Positions 22,512 through 35,244 of a DNA stretch of 64,000 bases are shown here, piece after piece. Both the position numbers and the translations under genes were made by a program. This DNA is from Flectonema sp. DT1601 (Eukaryota), in the NCBI GenBank assembly GCA_964019425.1, contig OZ025805.1, positions 992,001 through 1,056,000 of the forward strand. Direction: 5' to 3'. The notes below the pieces were generated by a model. It saw nothing but the letters and a program-made list of their open reading frames with translations. It was not told where the DNA came from and made no database searches. The first letter of the stretch is position 1. The number at the start of each line of letters is the position of its first letter.

Positions 22512-23609
22512 ATGTCGGCTGTACGGAAACCATATCTGGTTGAGAGAATAATATTGCCGTTCTTGGCACCGTTATTTCTCGTTCAAGTGATCCTAGTCGG
22601 GTTGGTGGTCAATGCTTGGCAATTCTCATGTAAGCTCTTTATATCCGTGTTTAGCTTAAGTGGAGGTCACAAAGCAACATCACCCATGCTTTACCTTTTG
22701 GGATTAAATTTCGTTTGGCTCCTCTCTGGTATGGGGGGATGTACCTTCCGGGTCTTCAGCAACACGACAAGAAAAGAACTTGAGAAGGAAACTAACGCCA
22801 TAATGATCTCTAATCATTGTGGTAGTTTAGATTGGTTAGTCATCGCTTGGATGATGATAAAATTAAAAAAATTGAGAACCCTTCGGAGTATCGCAAAATC
22901 CTCACTCGCACTGATACCCGTAATGGGATGGACTTGGTACTTCGCAGGATTTATATTCCTAAAAAGAAGAATGGCGGAAGATCAAAAATCATTAATTCAA
23001 GGAGCTGACAGACTTCGTGAAGCAAGTCAGCCAGGATTCTTTGGTCGTCTTCCTTTTTGGTTATGTCTGTTTCCTGAAGGGACTCGATCAACCCCATCAA
23101 AACTAAAAGAATCACACGATTATCAAGTAGCTAATAATATAGAACCGATGAAGAATTTATTATATCCAAGAGTTAAGGGTTTCATTGAGTTATGGAAGCT
23201 TTTGGGAAAGGATTCCGAAACACTTGTAGATGTTACTCTGGGATATCCATCAGACATTCCAGCAGTCAATAAAGTTATCACTGGACATGGATCGGAAATT
23301 TGCGTCTTAATGAAGGTGGCTAAACCTGAATCGGTCGGCAAAGACGAATCTGATTACAAGGAATTCTTGATTAACGCTTTCAGGGAAAAAGATGCCGACT
23401 TAAGCTATTACCATAAAAACGGAAAATTCGATTATCCTGAAATTTTTGTTCAGGACACTAGATTTTTAAATGTTTTTACAATGGGTGTTGTGTTCGTATC
23501 ACTTTTCACCACACCATTTATGATGTACTTGGTGTTATCTGCACAAGCTTTAACGATTCAAATTGCTGGATCTCTATACGCCGTTGCCGTTATATTCTTT
23601 TTATTATAA
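22512..23609 (+). CDS. 1-acyl-sn-glycerol-3-phosphate / lysophospholipid acyltransferase (PlsC family)
   Basis: SNHCGSLDW (HX4D), FIFLKR, LFPEGTR, LYPRVKGF; TM segments. Confidence 0.92.
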   Translation: MSAVRKPYLVERIILPFLAPLFLVQVILVGLVVNAWQFSCKLFISVFSLSGGHKATSPMLYLLGLNFVWLLSGMGGCTFRVFSNTTRKELEKETNAIMISNHCGSLDWLVIAWMMIKLKKLRTLRSIAKSSLALIPVMGWTWYFAGFIFLKRRMAEDQKSLIQGADRLREASQPGFFGRLPFWLCLFPEGTRSTPSKLKESHDYQVANNIEPMKNLLYPRVKGFIELWKLLGKDSETLVDVTLGYPSDIPAVNKVITGHGSEICVLMKVAKPESVGKDESDYKEFLINAFREKDADLSYYHKNGKFDYPEIFVQDTRFLNVFTMGVVFVSLFTTPFMMYLVLSAQALTIQIAGSLYAVAVIFFLL

Positions 23610-24509
23610 AACGATCCGAAAACCGTTAATTTTCTTACGAGCAAAAAAACATAAAAGACTAATTGTAGCATAGTACTAGTTCTATTGACTGACATGGAGC
23701 TGATATGACACCAGGTGTATCCCTGTTTCCTTCTCTCCGTTGTAGTCTATGGCATTATTTACCACCAGTCGGTATGCGCTTGAGTCGCTTTTATATAAAA
23801 GAAGCGAGGGCTCAGCTGTGTTACGTCGGTGCTCCTTACTCTTTCAAAATGTTGAAACGAGGAGGAGTTCCAGTTTGCTTAATATTTCCTGTCATGAAAA
23901 AAAAAGAAAAGCATGAAAAAAAAAAAAAAAAAAAAAAAAGTCAATTCTTGTTTTAGTTTTGTTTCCTGTCTTTTCTTTTTTTTTTTTTTTTTTTTAAAAT
24001 TACTGTAATTAATCGAAGACAAAAAAAAAAAAGAAACAAAAAGTGTGAGAATTATTAGTAAGGTGTCGATTGTAAATAATTTGATAATCTAACGAATGAT
24101 CAGAGAGGACTGCAGTCTTTATAAGCTGCTGCACATTTTTGGAAAAAAAACTGTTTCATAGTATAAGTGTTTTTATTAGATGGAAAAAAAAAAAAAAAAA
24201 AAAAAAACAAGATGCCGCAACGCTTAACTTGGCGTTGCATTGATGACCTTGTACAGGTTAGTCATTTTTCTGTTTAGTTTTTTGCTGATTTTTCTTAGTT
24301 TTTTTTTATTTTTTTATTATCAAACGCCTTGATGTCAGAGGCTTGCCACTCCATCAAGTAGCATCCATCGAGCTGCTACAGCATCAATTTTCTAACTAAA
24401 TATTATGTGTTGAATGTGTGAATGTGTTGGGCATCGCATGTGTAATTATTTCATCATGTTGATACGCATCATTACAAGGTTTGTTATGTTTTTTTTTTTT
24501 TTTTTTTTT

Positions 24510-24662
24510 GTACCGACGTAGACGAACCGTCGGGGAAGAAACTATTCAGATTGAAAGCCGTAATTTCTTATGGTCAAAATTCAATTCCCATGCGAAGCCT
24601 GGCGCCACCCAGCACTGTACTTCAGCTGCTTTCAATGAAATATATAAGGCTGATCTGAAGGG
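24510..24662. mobile_element. Hairpin/subterminal-IR element, copy 3 (divergent middle)
   Basis: Ends match the family (gtaccgacgta..., aaatatataaggctgatctgaaggg); the internal segment differs. Confidence 0.8.
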
Positions 24663-25537
24663 TTTTTTTTTTTTTTTTTTTTTTTTTTTCCCTTCCGGTT
24701 TCTTGCACAGACAAAACATCGTGTTCTCACCGTGAACTTTATGTTTTGTAAAAAAAAACCGATTTCTTTTTATCTTTTTTTTTCCTTCTAAATTATTTCT
24801 TTAATCAGTTAATTGTCTAACCGAAGCTAGTGTACTCCACTCCAAGTCTGCGAGTCACAACTCTTTGTTGGATGGGTTTTGTTACTGATTGTCTTCCTCC
24901 CTTTTCTGAACCTGGGTGAGCGATGCGATGCGTTTTTTTTTTTTTTTTTTGGGAAACCTAATTCCGCACAAAGTTTGAAAAAACGGTTTGCAGGTGTCTT
25001 GACTTTGAAATTCGGTTGGAACGACGTGTAAGAGAACAACAGTTCTCTGTAAGGTAACCCAGCTGCACACATACCATTCTTTGCATGCACCTAGTAAAAC
25101 TTCCGGAGGCTGAGAACACTATCAGGCAACTCAACCTGTCTGTGATTTATGGAAACTTTGGGAGTTGAAAATATATTTTAGGTTTTCATACTTTGTGTTG
25201 AAATTCGGAATTTTGAAGAACTTTGCGCGGAATTTCGAGTTTCCCCCCTTTTTCTGATGCTGAGTGCGTATATTTTGTAAAATATTTTTTTTTCCCATCT
25301 TTTTCTTGAAAAAAAAGAAAATTCAAACACAAGACACAAACAACAATTCATTAACGAGATCGCTAACAAATATATACCAACTTGTTGGACTGATATCTGT
25401 GTTGATTGTTTTCATGTGCCTATTTTCGCTAGTTTTTTTTCTCAACATATTTTTGAGCAAGAATGAATTCAGTCCTAACAAAAGGTTTGTATGATGTTTT
25501 TAAAAAAGATTTTTTTTTTTTTTTTTTTTTTTTTGTT

Positions 25538-25630
25538 GTACCGACGTAGTCGGAAAAGAAACCATAGCTGCTAATTCTTGTGGCCATGGTTTATTTTCCC
25601 CTGTGCGACAGGATTCAGTCTGCGTTCAAT
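25538..25630. mobile_element. Hairpin/subterminal-IR element, copy 4 (truncated)
   Basis: gtaccgacgtagtcggaaaagaa...gacaggattcagtctgcgttcaa. Confidence 0.75.
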
Positions 25631-26158
25631 GTTTTCCTAGAAACTAGGGGGGGAAAAAACAAAAAAACAAAAACAAAACAAAACAAAGGGGGTCTTGTCG
25701 TAGCTATATTGTATCACTACCCTCTCAGCGGGTCTCTCTCGCTTAGTCGGGTTTTGATGCAGCTGCATACCTTAACCGATATAATAAAAAAAATAGGAGT
25801 TAGCCCTCTCAAGACGCAGCATTCAGCTGTGCCACACCAGTTCATGTTCTCTCTGTCATATTAAAGTGTAGTGCGCGTGCATGTTGTTTTCTTTTTTAAA
25901 TCGATGATTCAAAATTAGGGAAATCCCTTTTTTTTTCATGTGAATCGCTACAATCTCTTGCAACCCGAGTTAAAAATTTCTTTTAAAACTTTTTTTTTTT
26001 AATCATCCCAGCGATCAATATGTAAGTTGTCAGATTCGTGATATATGACAAAAAAAAAAAAAAAAACCAAAACATAAGAAAGTAATGTAACCAGTATTTG
26101 TTTATTTCCTTCTAACAAGCATCATGTAGTTATGTGTATCGTGTGGTCGATAACATAA

Positions 26159-27307
26159 ATGATTAAAAGACACATACTAGATCATGGAACTGTTAGTCAT
26201 AAGGAACTCTCTGTTGTGAGAGAGATAATTAAAAAATATCAATCACCAATTGAGACTCATGAGAGGAGAGTACAGTTATCAAAAATGTTGAGAGAAGATA
26301 TGAAAACATGGCATCAAACACGATCATTGGGATCCTTGAGTGGTCATCAGTGTTATCAAACTTTATTATTTTTAGGAGACAGGAGAGCTGCAAGTAAATT
26401 ATTCGATCATGCGAGAAGAGAAACTATTCTCACTGAGAAATGGTTCGCAACTCGCATTCAACATTGCGCCAAACGACAGCGTCAGAATTGCTTAAGAAAT
26501 GTTGCTCAGATTAGAAAAGAAATGATTGCTTACTTTGAAAAGAATAACCTTTCTGATACTGCACCTGTCTACATAGCGTTCTTAACGGTGTTTACATTGA
26601 CTAAGAATTATTCTCAGGCAAAAAGACTTTTACTCACGATGACTAAATTAGGAATTAAATTCAATACTAATGTCTACCTGTGCATTATAGAAATGAGTGA
26701 CAACTATAAGGATACACGTGATTTTATTATTTCAAAAACACCAAATGAAACACTCGCAGACTGCAATCCAGCTGTGTACCATTCGTTGTTACGTCGGTTT
26801 GGTTCAACTGATTTCAACACGGCGAGTGAAATCGTTGCGGATATGAAAAAAGATAAATTTCCTATTAAAACAAAAGCGATAAATATTCTGTTGAATGCAT
26901 CTGGTTGTTGTTCTCAGTCTTGGAAGTTATTTCATAAAACTTACGAATACATAAATAATCCAAACACAGAAACCTTAACAATTTATCTAACACACGCATT
27001 GCAGTACATTAGAAGGTCTTCGGTTGAAGACGGAAAAACAATTTACAAGAAAGTCTTATCGGATTTCTATGCGTCCACAGTCACAGTCAATATTACGTCC
27101 ATTGCTCCGTTTGTTCCAATGTCGAGAATCTTCAGTCACTTTCAGCATTACAAAAGACTCAAATCTCTCTACGAGGCTTCTCATACGAGGGGATTGAACC
27201 CGAGCAAGGAATTCCTTCGGATTGTTGTTGTTGGACTACGAAGGGGAGGAATGCTTGAAGCTGCTGAAATGATTGACAAAAATGAGTTGCAGAAGGCGAA
27301 GTTTTAA
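26159..27307 (+). CDS. PPR-like helical repeat protein
   Basis: Repeats such as VYIAFLTVF..AKRLLLTMTKLGIKFNTNVY and VYHSLLRRF..ASEIVADMKKDKFP. Confidence 0.7.
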   Translation: MIKRHILDHGTVSHKELSVVREIIKKYQSPIETHERRVQLSKMLREDMKTWHQTRSLGSLSGHQCYQTLLFLGDRRAASKLFDHARRETILTEKWFATRIQHCAKRQRQNCLRNVAQIRKEMIAYFEKNNLSDTAPVYIAFLTVFTLTKNYSQAKRLLLTMTKLGIKFNTNVYLCIIEMSDNYKDTRDFIISKTPNETLADCNPAVYHSLLRRFGSTDFNTASEIVADMKKDKFPIKTKAINILLNASGCCSQSWKLFHKTYEYINNPNTETLTIYLTHALQYIRRSSVEDGKTIYKKVLSDFYASTVTVNITSIAPFVPMSRIFSHFQHYKRLKSLYEASHTRGLNPSKEFLRIVVVGLRRGGMLEAAEMIDKNELQKAKF

Positions 27308-27443
27308 CACTTCATGTGTTGACCTTACTTGTTGATATCACAGATATGTATCACTGGTGGGGTGTTGTATTTATTGGAATCGTATTATAAAGGTTGTTCT
27401 CATTTTATCATCTTTACCACCCCCCGAAGTAAACTAATCTAAA

Positions 27444-30057
27444 ATGGGTTGCTCTGACAGCAAGCCGGTAAAAAAAGAGAAGAAGCCACCAGCACCAAAG
27501 AAGGTTGAAAAGGAGCCAGAGCCAGAGCCAGAACCGGCGAAGGAAGAACCAAAGCCAAAGCCAGAGCCAGTTCCAGAAGAACCAAAACCGGTGCCCAAGG
27601 TAGAGGAGGCACCCAAGAAAGAGAGGAAGCAGAAGACAGTTCCAACAGATGTTTCAGCACTCCCTCCTGACTCAGTTACCTTCGGATACACTCCATACCA
27701 GGTAAGAAAGCAAACTTACACAGCTGGTTGGGACCCAACTCAGAACAACGATGATGTCAATGAGAAGGATCTCACCAAAGGAAAGGGTCTTTTGTACTTA
27801 CTCGAGACAAAGGACCACAGAAAGTTAGCTCTCTTTAACGCCACTGATGACAAGCAGATGTTGGTGGTCATGAAATTCAGCGTCTCCAAGATGGTTGTCT
27901 CTACCGAGAGCTGTGAGGCTGCCGGATGTGTCCCAGCCACAAAGTTGGACAACGGTGCATTTGAGATCAAGATATACCCTGGACAAACTATTCCTTTTGT
28001 TGAAGGTGAAGGTGAACACAGTTTCAGAGGTGACTTCACTTTGTCATACAAGTGTGACACTGTAGACAGAGCTTACATTGAGAAGAGCCTTACTCCTTCC
28101 CTTGCTGGAAAGATTGAAGCGGTTAAGGAGTTCTACACCCAGGCCGGATTCGATGTGGAAAACATCCCTGCCTCAACTGATGCAAACTACGACCTCACTA
28201 AGATGGAGGAAGTTGCTGCCGCTGTTGCTGAAAAGGGAGGATTCTTTGTCGACTTGTCATTCCCTCCAAATGAGTCTTCTCTGCGCCTTAAGGATACCAA
28301 GGCCTGGATGACTTCAAAGGATTACCTTCCAAAGGAATTGGAGCCAAAACTCTTTGTCGGAAGTGAGGGAGGTAACCCTGCTATTGAAGCTGGTGATATT
28401 GATCAGGGATTACTTCCAAACTGTTGGATCATGGCATCAGTTGCTGCTTTGACTGAATTCGCTGACCAACTTATCGTTCCAATGTTCCGCGATGAAGCTA
28501 AGGACTCTGAAAGTAACGTTTACCACGTCAGACTCGCTGTTAACGGTTGGTACCAGTGGCAAATTGTTGACGGATACCTTCCAGTTCAGCCTGTTAACCA
28601 CCCAGCTGGTCCTTGCTTTGCTAAGAACAAGCAGCAGCCAAATGAACTTTGGGTATCAATTCTGGAAAAGGCCTACGCTAAGGCCCACGGTTCATACCAG
28701 GCACTCTACTGGGGTGACCCAAGAGATGCCCTTCACGACTTAACTGGTTACCCATCCCGTAAAATTGATCTTAAGATGGATGCGGGTACTCTCTTTAAAA
28801 TGCTCCACTACCACGACACTAATGATCATCTTATGTACTTGGCTACTATGGATTCATCGAAGGGTGGGTCTGATAAATGTGAGCAAATGGGTCTCACACT
28901 TGGACACGTTTACACTCTGATTGGAGTCTACGAGTGGGTAAAGTCCAGCGGAGAGAAGATCCACCTTTGCAAGATCAGATGCCCATGGGGTCTTCAGAAA
29001 GAGTGGTTAGGAAGCTTTTCTGACACTGACCCAGTTTGGTATGTTTTAGTTTCTGAATTTCTTATTAAAAGTTTTCTATCATAATTTAATCAACCCGATA
29101 GGATGGAGACCGATGAAGATAGCAAGACCCTTCAGTCTCAGCGTAACGAAACCGGTGACGACGATGGCACTTTCTGGATGGACTTGAAGGTATGTTAGAG
29201 TACAGTTCTTTTTATATATATTCGGAATTCACTCTTTATACTTAAGAAATATTAATAACAAATACAAAACAGGACGTCAGGGAAATGTTTAACAGCTGTG
29301 GTGCTACTTACACCAACTCCAGCTGGTGGTCAAGCAGATTCAAGGTTTGTATTGTTTTTGAAGTATTTAATTATATCTCAAGTAAATAATAATAATAATA
29401 ATAAAATAACAGACTGGTCTTGTTGATTGTGCTCCAAGAAATGTTGTTGAACTGACTCCAACTGAAGACACTGACCTTCTTACTTGGGCAACACAGCACT
29501 ACAGAAGAGGTCTAAGTGAGGATGATGAGAGAGCTCACTGGGCACCAATCCAGATCAGTGTTGTAAGACAAGACAAGAATGACCCAGAGGAATGGGAGAC
29601 TGTCATGAAATCACCTGAGTACTTGTACGCATACAACGTGATCGCTCATGAGTCTGACAAAGACTTTGATGGATACTACACAATGACAAAGGGTGAAACC
29701 TACTACGTCATGGTTGAATGTTGCACTGGAGAGAAGCGTGAGTCATCAAGAAACAAAGACTTAATCTTAGCTTTAATGACTTCAAAGGCTTGTAACATTA
29801 GAATCTTAAAGCCAAACGAGGCCAACATGGCTGATGCCTTAAAATACGAGAATTTGGTTGGACTCAAATTCGATGACGCTGAAGACGTCACCGCAACATG
29901 CCCAGCTCAAGTTAACAAAAGTGATGTTGTGTCTTCCGATGCCCTCACAGACATTTCCCAGCACGCCGTAAAGCCAATCGGTAAGAAGGTTAGTAAGAGA
30001 CGTTCCTTGGTAACCAAAGCGATTGCCATCGCCAAGCTAACCGCAGGTTCAAGTTAA
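27444..30057 (+). CDS. N-acylated calpain-like cysteine peptidase. join(27444..29038,29102..29189,29273..29344,29413..30057)
   Basis: MGC N-terminus; kinetoplastid-type N-terminal beta domain (IKIYPGQTIPFVEG); DIDQGLLPNCW, LEKAYAK, GHVY, RCPWG, DDGTFWM; three frame-preserving GT-AG introns. Confidence 0.9.
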
Positions 30058-31515
30058 ATAACTCCTGAGGCAAAGCCACACCCCTGAAAATTGTTACCTT
30101 AAGTTAATGCCGTAGAGAAGCAATTATTTGGTGGTTATTTGTGATTGCTTTCGACAACCCACCCCATCCTCCTTGAAAAAAAAAAATTATAGAAGAAAAA
30201 CAGAAGTTGAAAAAAAAAAAAAAAAAAAAAAATTATTAGGGATACAAGAACGTTTGATAATTTCGTAGTTATTTGGGCAAGGACGGATAGAAAGAAAAAA
30301 AAAAGAAAACGAAAATACATAACACATCGATCGAAGGAAGGAATAAAAGAAATAAAAAAAACTCCGAACCCCTTTATTATGAATTTTCGAGAAGTCGTTT
30401 ATTCCCTACCACAGTACCTTGTATGAATGGTTGCTTTTTCTTAGCCTTGCTGAGTGATTGTCTTTTGCAAGACGGAGGTGAAAGATAGAAAACAGAGGCA
30501 ATCTTTTTTGGCAAAGAAAAAGAAGAAACAAAAAAAGGTGAAAGCATGGAACGATAAGTGTATCTCCCCGTTTTTTTTTTTTTTCTTTCTTTTTTTTTAC
30601 TTATTGCCCCGTTTTCTTCCCTTCCACAGTCCACTATTTTTCTCCTTGCGCAGAAAAAAATTGTTTTTTTTTTTTTTTTTCCCCTCTCCCTGTTTTCCCC
30701 CGTTTTTTTGAGTGCGATTTCCAACACAAAACGCACGACTCCTGAAGAAGAGGAAGATAGTTTTTTTCTCGGTGGCGAATGCAAAGTGCCTTGACGATGC
30801 GCGGTATTCGTAGTCAGGCATGCAAGAGGTCCGTTTATTAGTTTTTTTTTTTGACAACACATCATCTTCGGATTATAATTACAGTTCACTCTCATCAGAT
30901 AAAATCTATCTGTTCCCTTCTTATTGTCTGTGAAAGTGAATGTTTGTATTTTAGGAGACTGTTTGACTTAAAGTGATGAATTTCTCATCATTTTAATGCA
31001 TTGCATTCGTCGACCTCATGTAGGAAAGAACATCCAACTTTTTTTTCACTCCCCCTCCATGATTGGTGTTTTAGGCAAAACGTGTACGGCAATAGCAAAG
31101 CCTCCCTTTTTTTTTTTTTTCATTTAATTTATTTTTCCCCCCTTTTGGTGTGAATTCTCATGTAATCTTACACGGGTCAACACTAAACCCATTCCTTGTT
31201 TTCGAAATCCTTTTTTTTTTTTTTTTTTTTTTTTTTACTCCCTCAGACCTCCCCCCCCTTCCAATTTGTATCTTTCCGAACGGGAAAAAAAAAACGACAA
31301 GCCAAACGCTTTGTGTACTGGCTAGCGATAAGTGATTGTTCATTTGTGTGTGTATTAAAAGTTTTTATAGATGAGTACCAAAGACTTACATAACATGTTG
31401 GAGGCACTTCTATAACCTGAGGGCAGCACGCCTTTTTTAGAAAAGGGAAAGGGTTAATCTTATTAGTTATGTCTACAGTAGAAAAAAGAGGAATAATAAG
31501 AAAAAAATAAAAAAA

Positions 31516-32382
31516 ATGAACAATCTCCCGAAGGCGTTGGGAGAATACCTTTCTAAAATGAGTGAAGACTTTGAATTTAATTTAAAATTACTTTCTGAGA
31601 GAGATAGAGAGCTTCAAGAGAAGGAAAAGAGAGAACGACTTTTGGTGTCTGAAGTAAAGAAATTGAGAGAACGTCATTCAGAATGCTGCAGGCCGACAGG
31701 CAATTCGGAGGTTGAGCAGCTGCGAGCTGCAAACAAAAAGCTGATGGAAGAGAATGAACACGCAGCTCAAGAACGTGAATCTCTTATTTTAGAACTACAC
31801 GAGGTGGTTGATCTGCGTGGGAAAGTTGACACGATGTGTGCTGAGAATGCGAACCGCCGCCAAGAGAATCTCGACACTGTGACTATTGATATGATTACTA
31901 AATACAGAACAAGAGCTAAGATATACTCTGCGAGGTATAAGGAAAGTCAAGTTGAAGTAAAGCATCTCAAAGAGAAGCTTCATAGTGCATTCAAAGATCT
32001 ACGTGCGGTAACAAAAGCTAAAGATGATCTTCTCATTCTATCAAATAGAACAAAAAGTTTAGTTCAGTCTCAGGTTGAACTTCTTCCACCTGACACGGCT
32101 GAGGCCTGTGTTGCTACGGATCCGACTCCTCTGCCATCTCCACCACCACCTCAGCCTATTCCTCAGGAGGTTACAAGTGTATCTCCACCAAGAGTACGAC
32201 AAAAGATAAAGTCGTCTGATCATCCTCGTTCTACGTTTTCAAATATACTAAAGGGACGGGGGGTTCGAACTGTCAGCAATCCTCGTAAAAAAACAGAACG
32301 AACTACCTCAAAGAAATCAGAATCTAACCAGGCTGTTGTCCGCAAGGGTGCAACAAGCATACGAAACTACAACTACACATAG
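31516..32382 (+). CDS. Coiled-coil protein, unknown function
   Basis: 288-aa ORF with heptad-like E/K/L composition and a Pro-rich linker. Confidence 0.75.
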   Translation: MNNLPKALGEYLSKMSEDFEFNLKLLSERDRELQEKEKRERLLVSEVKKLRERHSECCRPTGNSEVEQLRAANKKLMEENEHAAQERESLILELHEVVDLRGKVDTMCAENANRRQENLDTVTIDMITKYRTRAKIYSARYKESQVEVKHLKEKLHSAFKDLRAVTKAKDDLLILSNRTKSLVQSQVELLPPDTAEACVATDPTPLPSPPPPQPIPQEVTSVSPPRVRQKIKSSDHPRSTFSNILKGRGVRTVSNPRKKTERTTSKKSESNQAVVRKGATSIRNYNYT

Positions 32383-32838
32383 ACAGAAGCAACTAGCAGC
32401 TGCCTTCTTATTAACCACGGAATGCTATTGCATGCAATGTTATGATTTGTGTTTCTGTGTTAAGAATTAAAGTAAACAAACTAAACGTTGTGCTCAGTTT
32501 ACATGAAGTCAAGTTGACATCTGTCATGTGTATTTGCCTGTTGTCAATTATTTGTTTAATCCCTAAGTGTCCTTTGGTAGGAGCGTAGATCACGTACTCT
32601 ATATTTATTATTATTGTTAGTTAGATTTTGTACTCTAGTTATTTTTTTTTTTTTTTTTTGTAAATTACATTTTTGCGTTATTTTTATTTATTTATTTTTT
32701 TTTTTTTTGACACAATAAAAATACACATCTCTTTATTCAGGAAAAAAAAAAAAAAAAAAAAAAAACTCTGTTGCTACGAGTACCAGACTATCACTAACAC
32801 ATTATCAAATTGTTGCGTTTTTTTTTGATCATTTTCAC

Positions 32839-34278
32839 ATGTCCGCCTCCATTCACAATAGCTCTGAGTTACTCCACTTGTTGGAGAAATTTAAAGTAGT
32901 CCTCGATCCCTTCGACTCGGAAGTAATCGGCAGAGTTGCAAAGGAACTTACAGATGGAAATATGAAAGATGAAATGCTATGTGATTGGGCAGCAGCACTT
33001 AATTTAATATCGTATAAATACAGAAGTGAGTTGGAAGTTGGTGATTATGGAAGACGAATTAATCTATTACAAGAAACTGCAATGAGCCAAAAGGAAATAT
33101 CTGTCGAAATCTTCGTAAAAGTTTGGACTGATGGAGGTAAATGCTCTCACCTAACAACAATATCAGCGAACATTCCACGGTCAAGTTTACAGATTCATCA
33201 GCCTTACAGAGATACCTTAGAACTTAAAAACTTAAGGGGATCGAACCTTTCACCTGGACATACTGTTGTGCAATTACGCTGTGCGATGCATGGTCACTGG
33301 GTAGCAATATGTGATGCCCATGACCTGTCGTCATTTATTCTACATTCACAGCTATATGGATTAAGCCCACAACTGACTGCTGATGTAGTTCCATCGGCCT
33401 CCATTAGTGACCCAAATCCACGTCTTCAATGTGGTAAAGGACTCCTTAAAGCGTCAAGTATTCGTACACGTAGGCAGTTAGTATCTTTTTATGAGTCTCA
33501 AAATCCTATTTCTGCATTATGCGATGGAGGTATTTTCACTAATTCAGCTCCTACAACAACTACTACTCTACCTAATTACCGAAGTCAAGTATATGATGCG
33601 AGTTGTGTTCCGATTGTGAGATGCCGAAAACGAATAAAGTCTGAACACAACAACACGTTGGGTGAGATCTTCAGAGGAACAATTAAACAGTTTTGTGACG
33701 CAGGAGCTGCAGCACCACTGGAATACGTATTCGATGCTGAATTAGATCAACGAGATGACATAGATGGTGAAGTTATTGAGTCTAATTATAAAGACACAGA
33801 CTTAAACTCTGACGATGATGATAATAACGAATTAGAACTCAAAGTTGGTATACCACATGACTCAGGACCATTCGTTACAGCAATAGCCCCTGATGGTAGT
33901 GGAAGGTTTACAGTTAGGATACCCCCTGATGCTATTCCTGGTGGTGACATCACTCACACTGTTCCAATTCCTGTTAATAGAGTCTGTCGTACATTTGATC
34001 CTCGCCCTGCAGACTTTTCAGCAACTGAAGGAACGTATAATTGGGGAATCGTGACTGCTACTTATTCGGAAGTTCCGAACAAACTCAAACGTGTTCCTTC
34101 TGCTGCTGTGAAAGGAAAGGCTACGCCGACCCCGTGGACTCTTAATGGTGTTAGTTTACGACTTCGACAGGGAGCTTTAAAGAGACCTCCTGACATTTTT
34201 GAATTTGAATTAGCTAATGGATCATTTACATTTCCGGGAAAGAAAGTTCCACAAGTTAATCAGAAGCTTGCAGCTTGA
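32839..34278 (+). CDS. Hypothetical protein
   Basis: 479-aa uninterrupted ORF, co-oriented with neighbours, normal composition; no family recognised. Confidence 0.75.
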   Translation: MSASIHNSSELLHLLEKFKVVLDPFDSEVIGRVAKELTDGNMKDEMLCDWAAALNLISYKYRSELEVGDYGRRINLLQETAMSQKEISVEIFVKVWTDGGKCSHLTTISANIPRSSLQIHQPYRDTLELKNLRGSNLSPGHTVVQLRCAMHGHWVAICDAHDLSSFILHSQLYGLSPQLTADVVPSASISDPNPRLQCGKGLLKASSIRTRRQLVSFYESQNPISALCDGGIFTNSAPTTTTTLPNYRSQVYDASCVPIVRCRKRIKSEHNNTLGEIFRGTIKQFCDAGAAAPLEYVFDAELDQRDDIDGEVIESNYKDTDLNSDDDDNNELELKVGIPHDSGPFVTAIAPDGSGRFTVRIPPDAIPGGDITHTVPIPVNRVCRTFDPRPADFSATEGTYNWGIVTATYSEVPNKLKRVPSAAVKGKATPTPWTLNGVSLRLRQGALKRPPDIFEFELANGSFTFPGKKVPQVNQKLAA

Positions 34279-34391
34279 TGCACTTTTTTTTTTGTTAAAA
34301 CTTTTTTTCTTTTATTGTTTTTTTTCAATTACATTATATTCTTCCACTCCAGACAAAAAAAAAAAATACTTTTTTCGTTAAAAAAATATAA

Positions 34392-34655
34392 ATGAGGCGA
34401 TGGGTTCAGAACCAATTCTCTGAATTATCACCCACAGACAAAGCTTCAGTTATATTTAACCTAATGCAGTCACCAAGTGGGAAAGACTTTGATGAAACGA
34501 CAGACAGTAATGGAAATAATACCTGGAAGTTTCCTCTCGATGATGACCTTTTACAGCAAGCTTGTATGTTTATAAAAGAACGTTCTCCTAATGTACCACC
34601 ATTGCCTGATGATGCTAACGAAGGAGTTAAAAGATTAAAAATAGATGCGATGTAA
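34392..34655 (+). CDS. Small protein, possibly ET/NET-domain-like
   Basis: 87 aa with A-rich start context; a helix-loop-W/F-LDDDLL pattern and a KRLK tail. Confidence 0.55.
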   Translation: MRRWVQNQFSELSPTDKASVIFNLMQSPSGKDFDETTDSNGNNTWKFPLDDDLLQQACMFIKERSPNVPPLPDDANEGVKRLKIDAM

Positions 34656-34770
34656 ACTCTGAGATTGTTGTTGTTGTTATTATGCGTATTTTCTTTTGTA
34701 TAACAGTTGTGGGGATGAGTTGTTATTTATTAATTATTTTCACATGATCTCTATAAGTTAACATAATAAG

Positions 34771-35244
34771 ATGTTGTCTTTGGTAGTACTTTATCACATC
34801 TCTCAATCTTCTTCAAGTTCTGATTCTGACATTGGAGTTCAAGGATGGTCAGAGGAGTTAATTATCTGGATTGGTGTCATAGTCCTCTCTCTTTGTGGAT
34901 GTGTTCTTTGCTCGAAATTTATAAATTGGAGAAAACAAAAAAGACTTCGAAAAGGACAACTTTACGCTGATGACGCAAAGCTACTTGAACTTGGAGAGCA
35001 AGTGAAATCAGTGCCGTCGGCTGCGAGGTTTGATGAAGTAGATAATGGTACTGACGAGCAAAAAGAAAACAACAATTCCGAAGATATTCCCAACAGCGAT
35101 ACTCCGGCATACGATCCTATTCGACTTGTTCCTGATGATGTTATTCCTGAATCACTTCCGATTGAGGGCTTATACGATCTTGTCTCAGCTCGTGGGTATC
35201 GTAGCGCAGCATCATCTCCGAGTCGGATCAGACTTATTCAGTGA
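34771..35244 (+). CDS. Small single-pass membrane protein
   Basis: TM LIIWIGVIVLSLCGCVLC followed by basic RKQKRLRK. Confidence 0.65.
   Translation: MLSLVVLYHISQSSSSSDSDIGVQGWSEELIIWIGVIVLSLCGCVLCSKFINWRKQKRLRKGQLYADDAKLLELGEQVKSVPSAARFDEVDNGTDEQKENNNSEDIPNSDTPAYDPIRLVPDDVIPESLPIEGLYDLVSARGYRSAASSPSRIRLIQ

Noticed and set aside
30135..31393. Poly-Phe/poly-Lys ORFs in intergenic DNA (also 7395-8041, 16380-16682, 23705-25864, 43153-44394)
   Set aside because: Translations of homopolymer T/A tracts.
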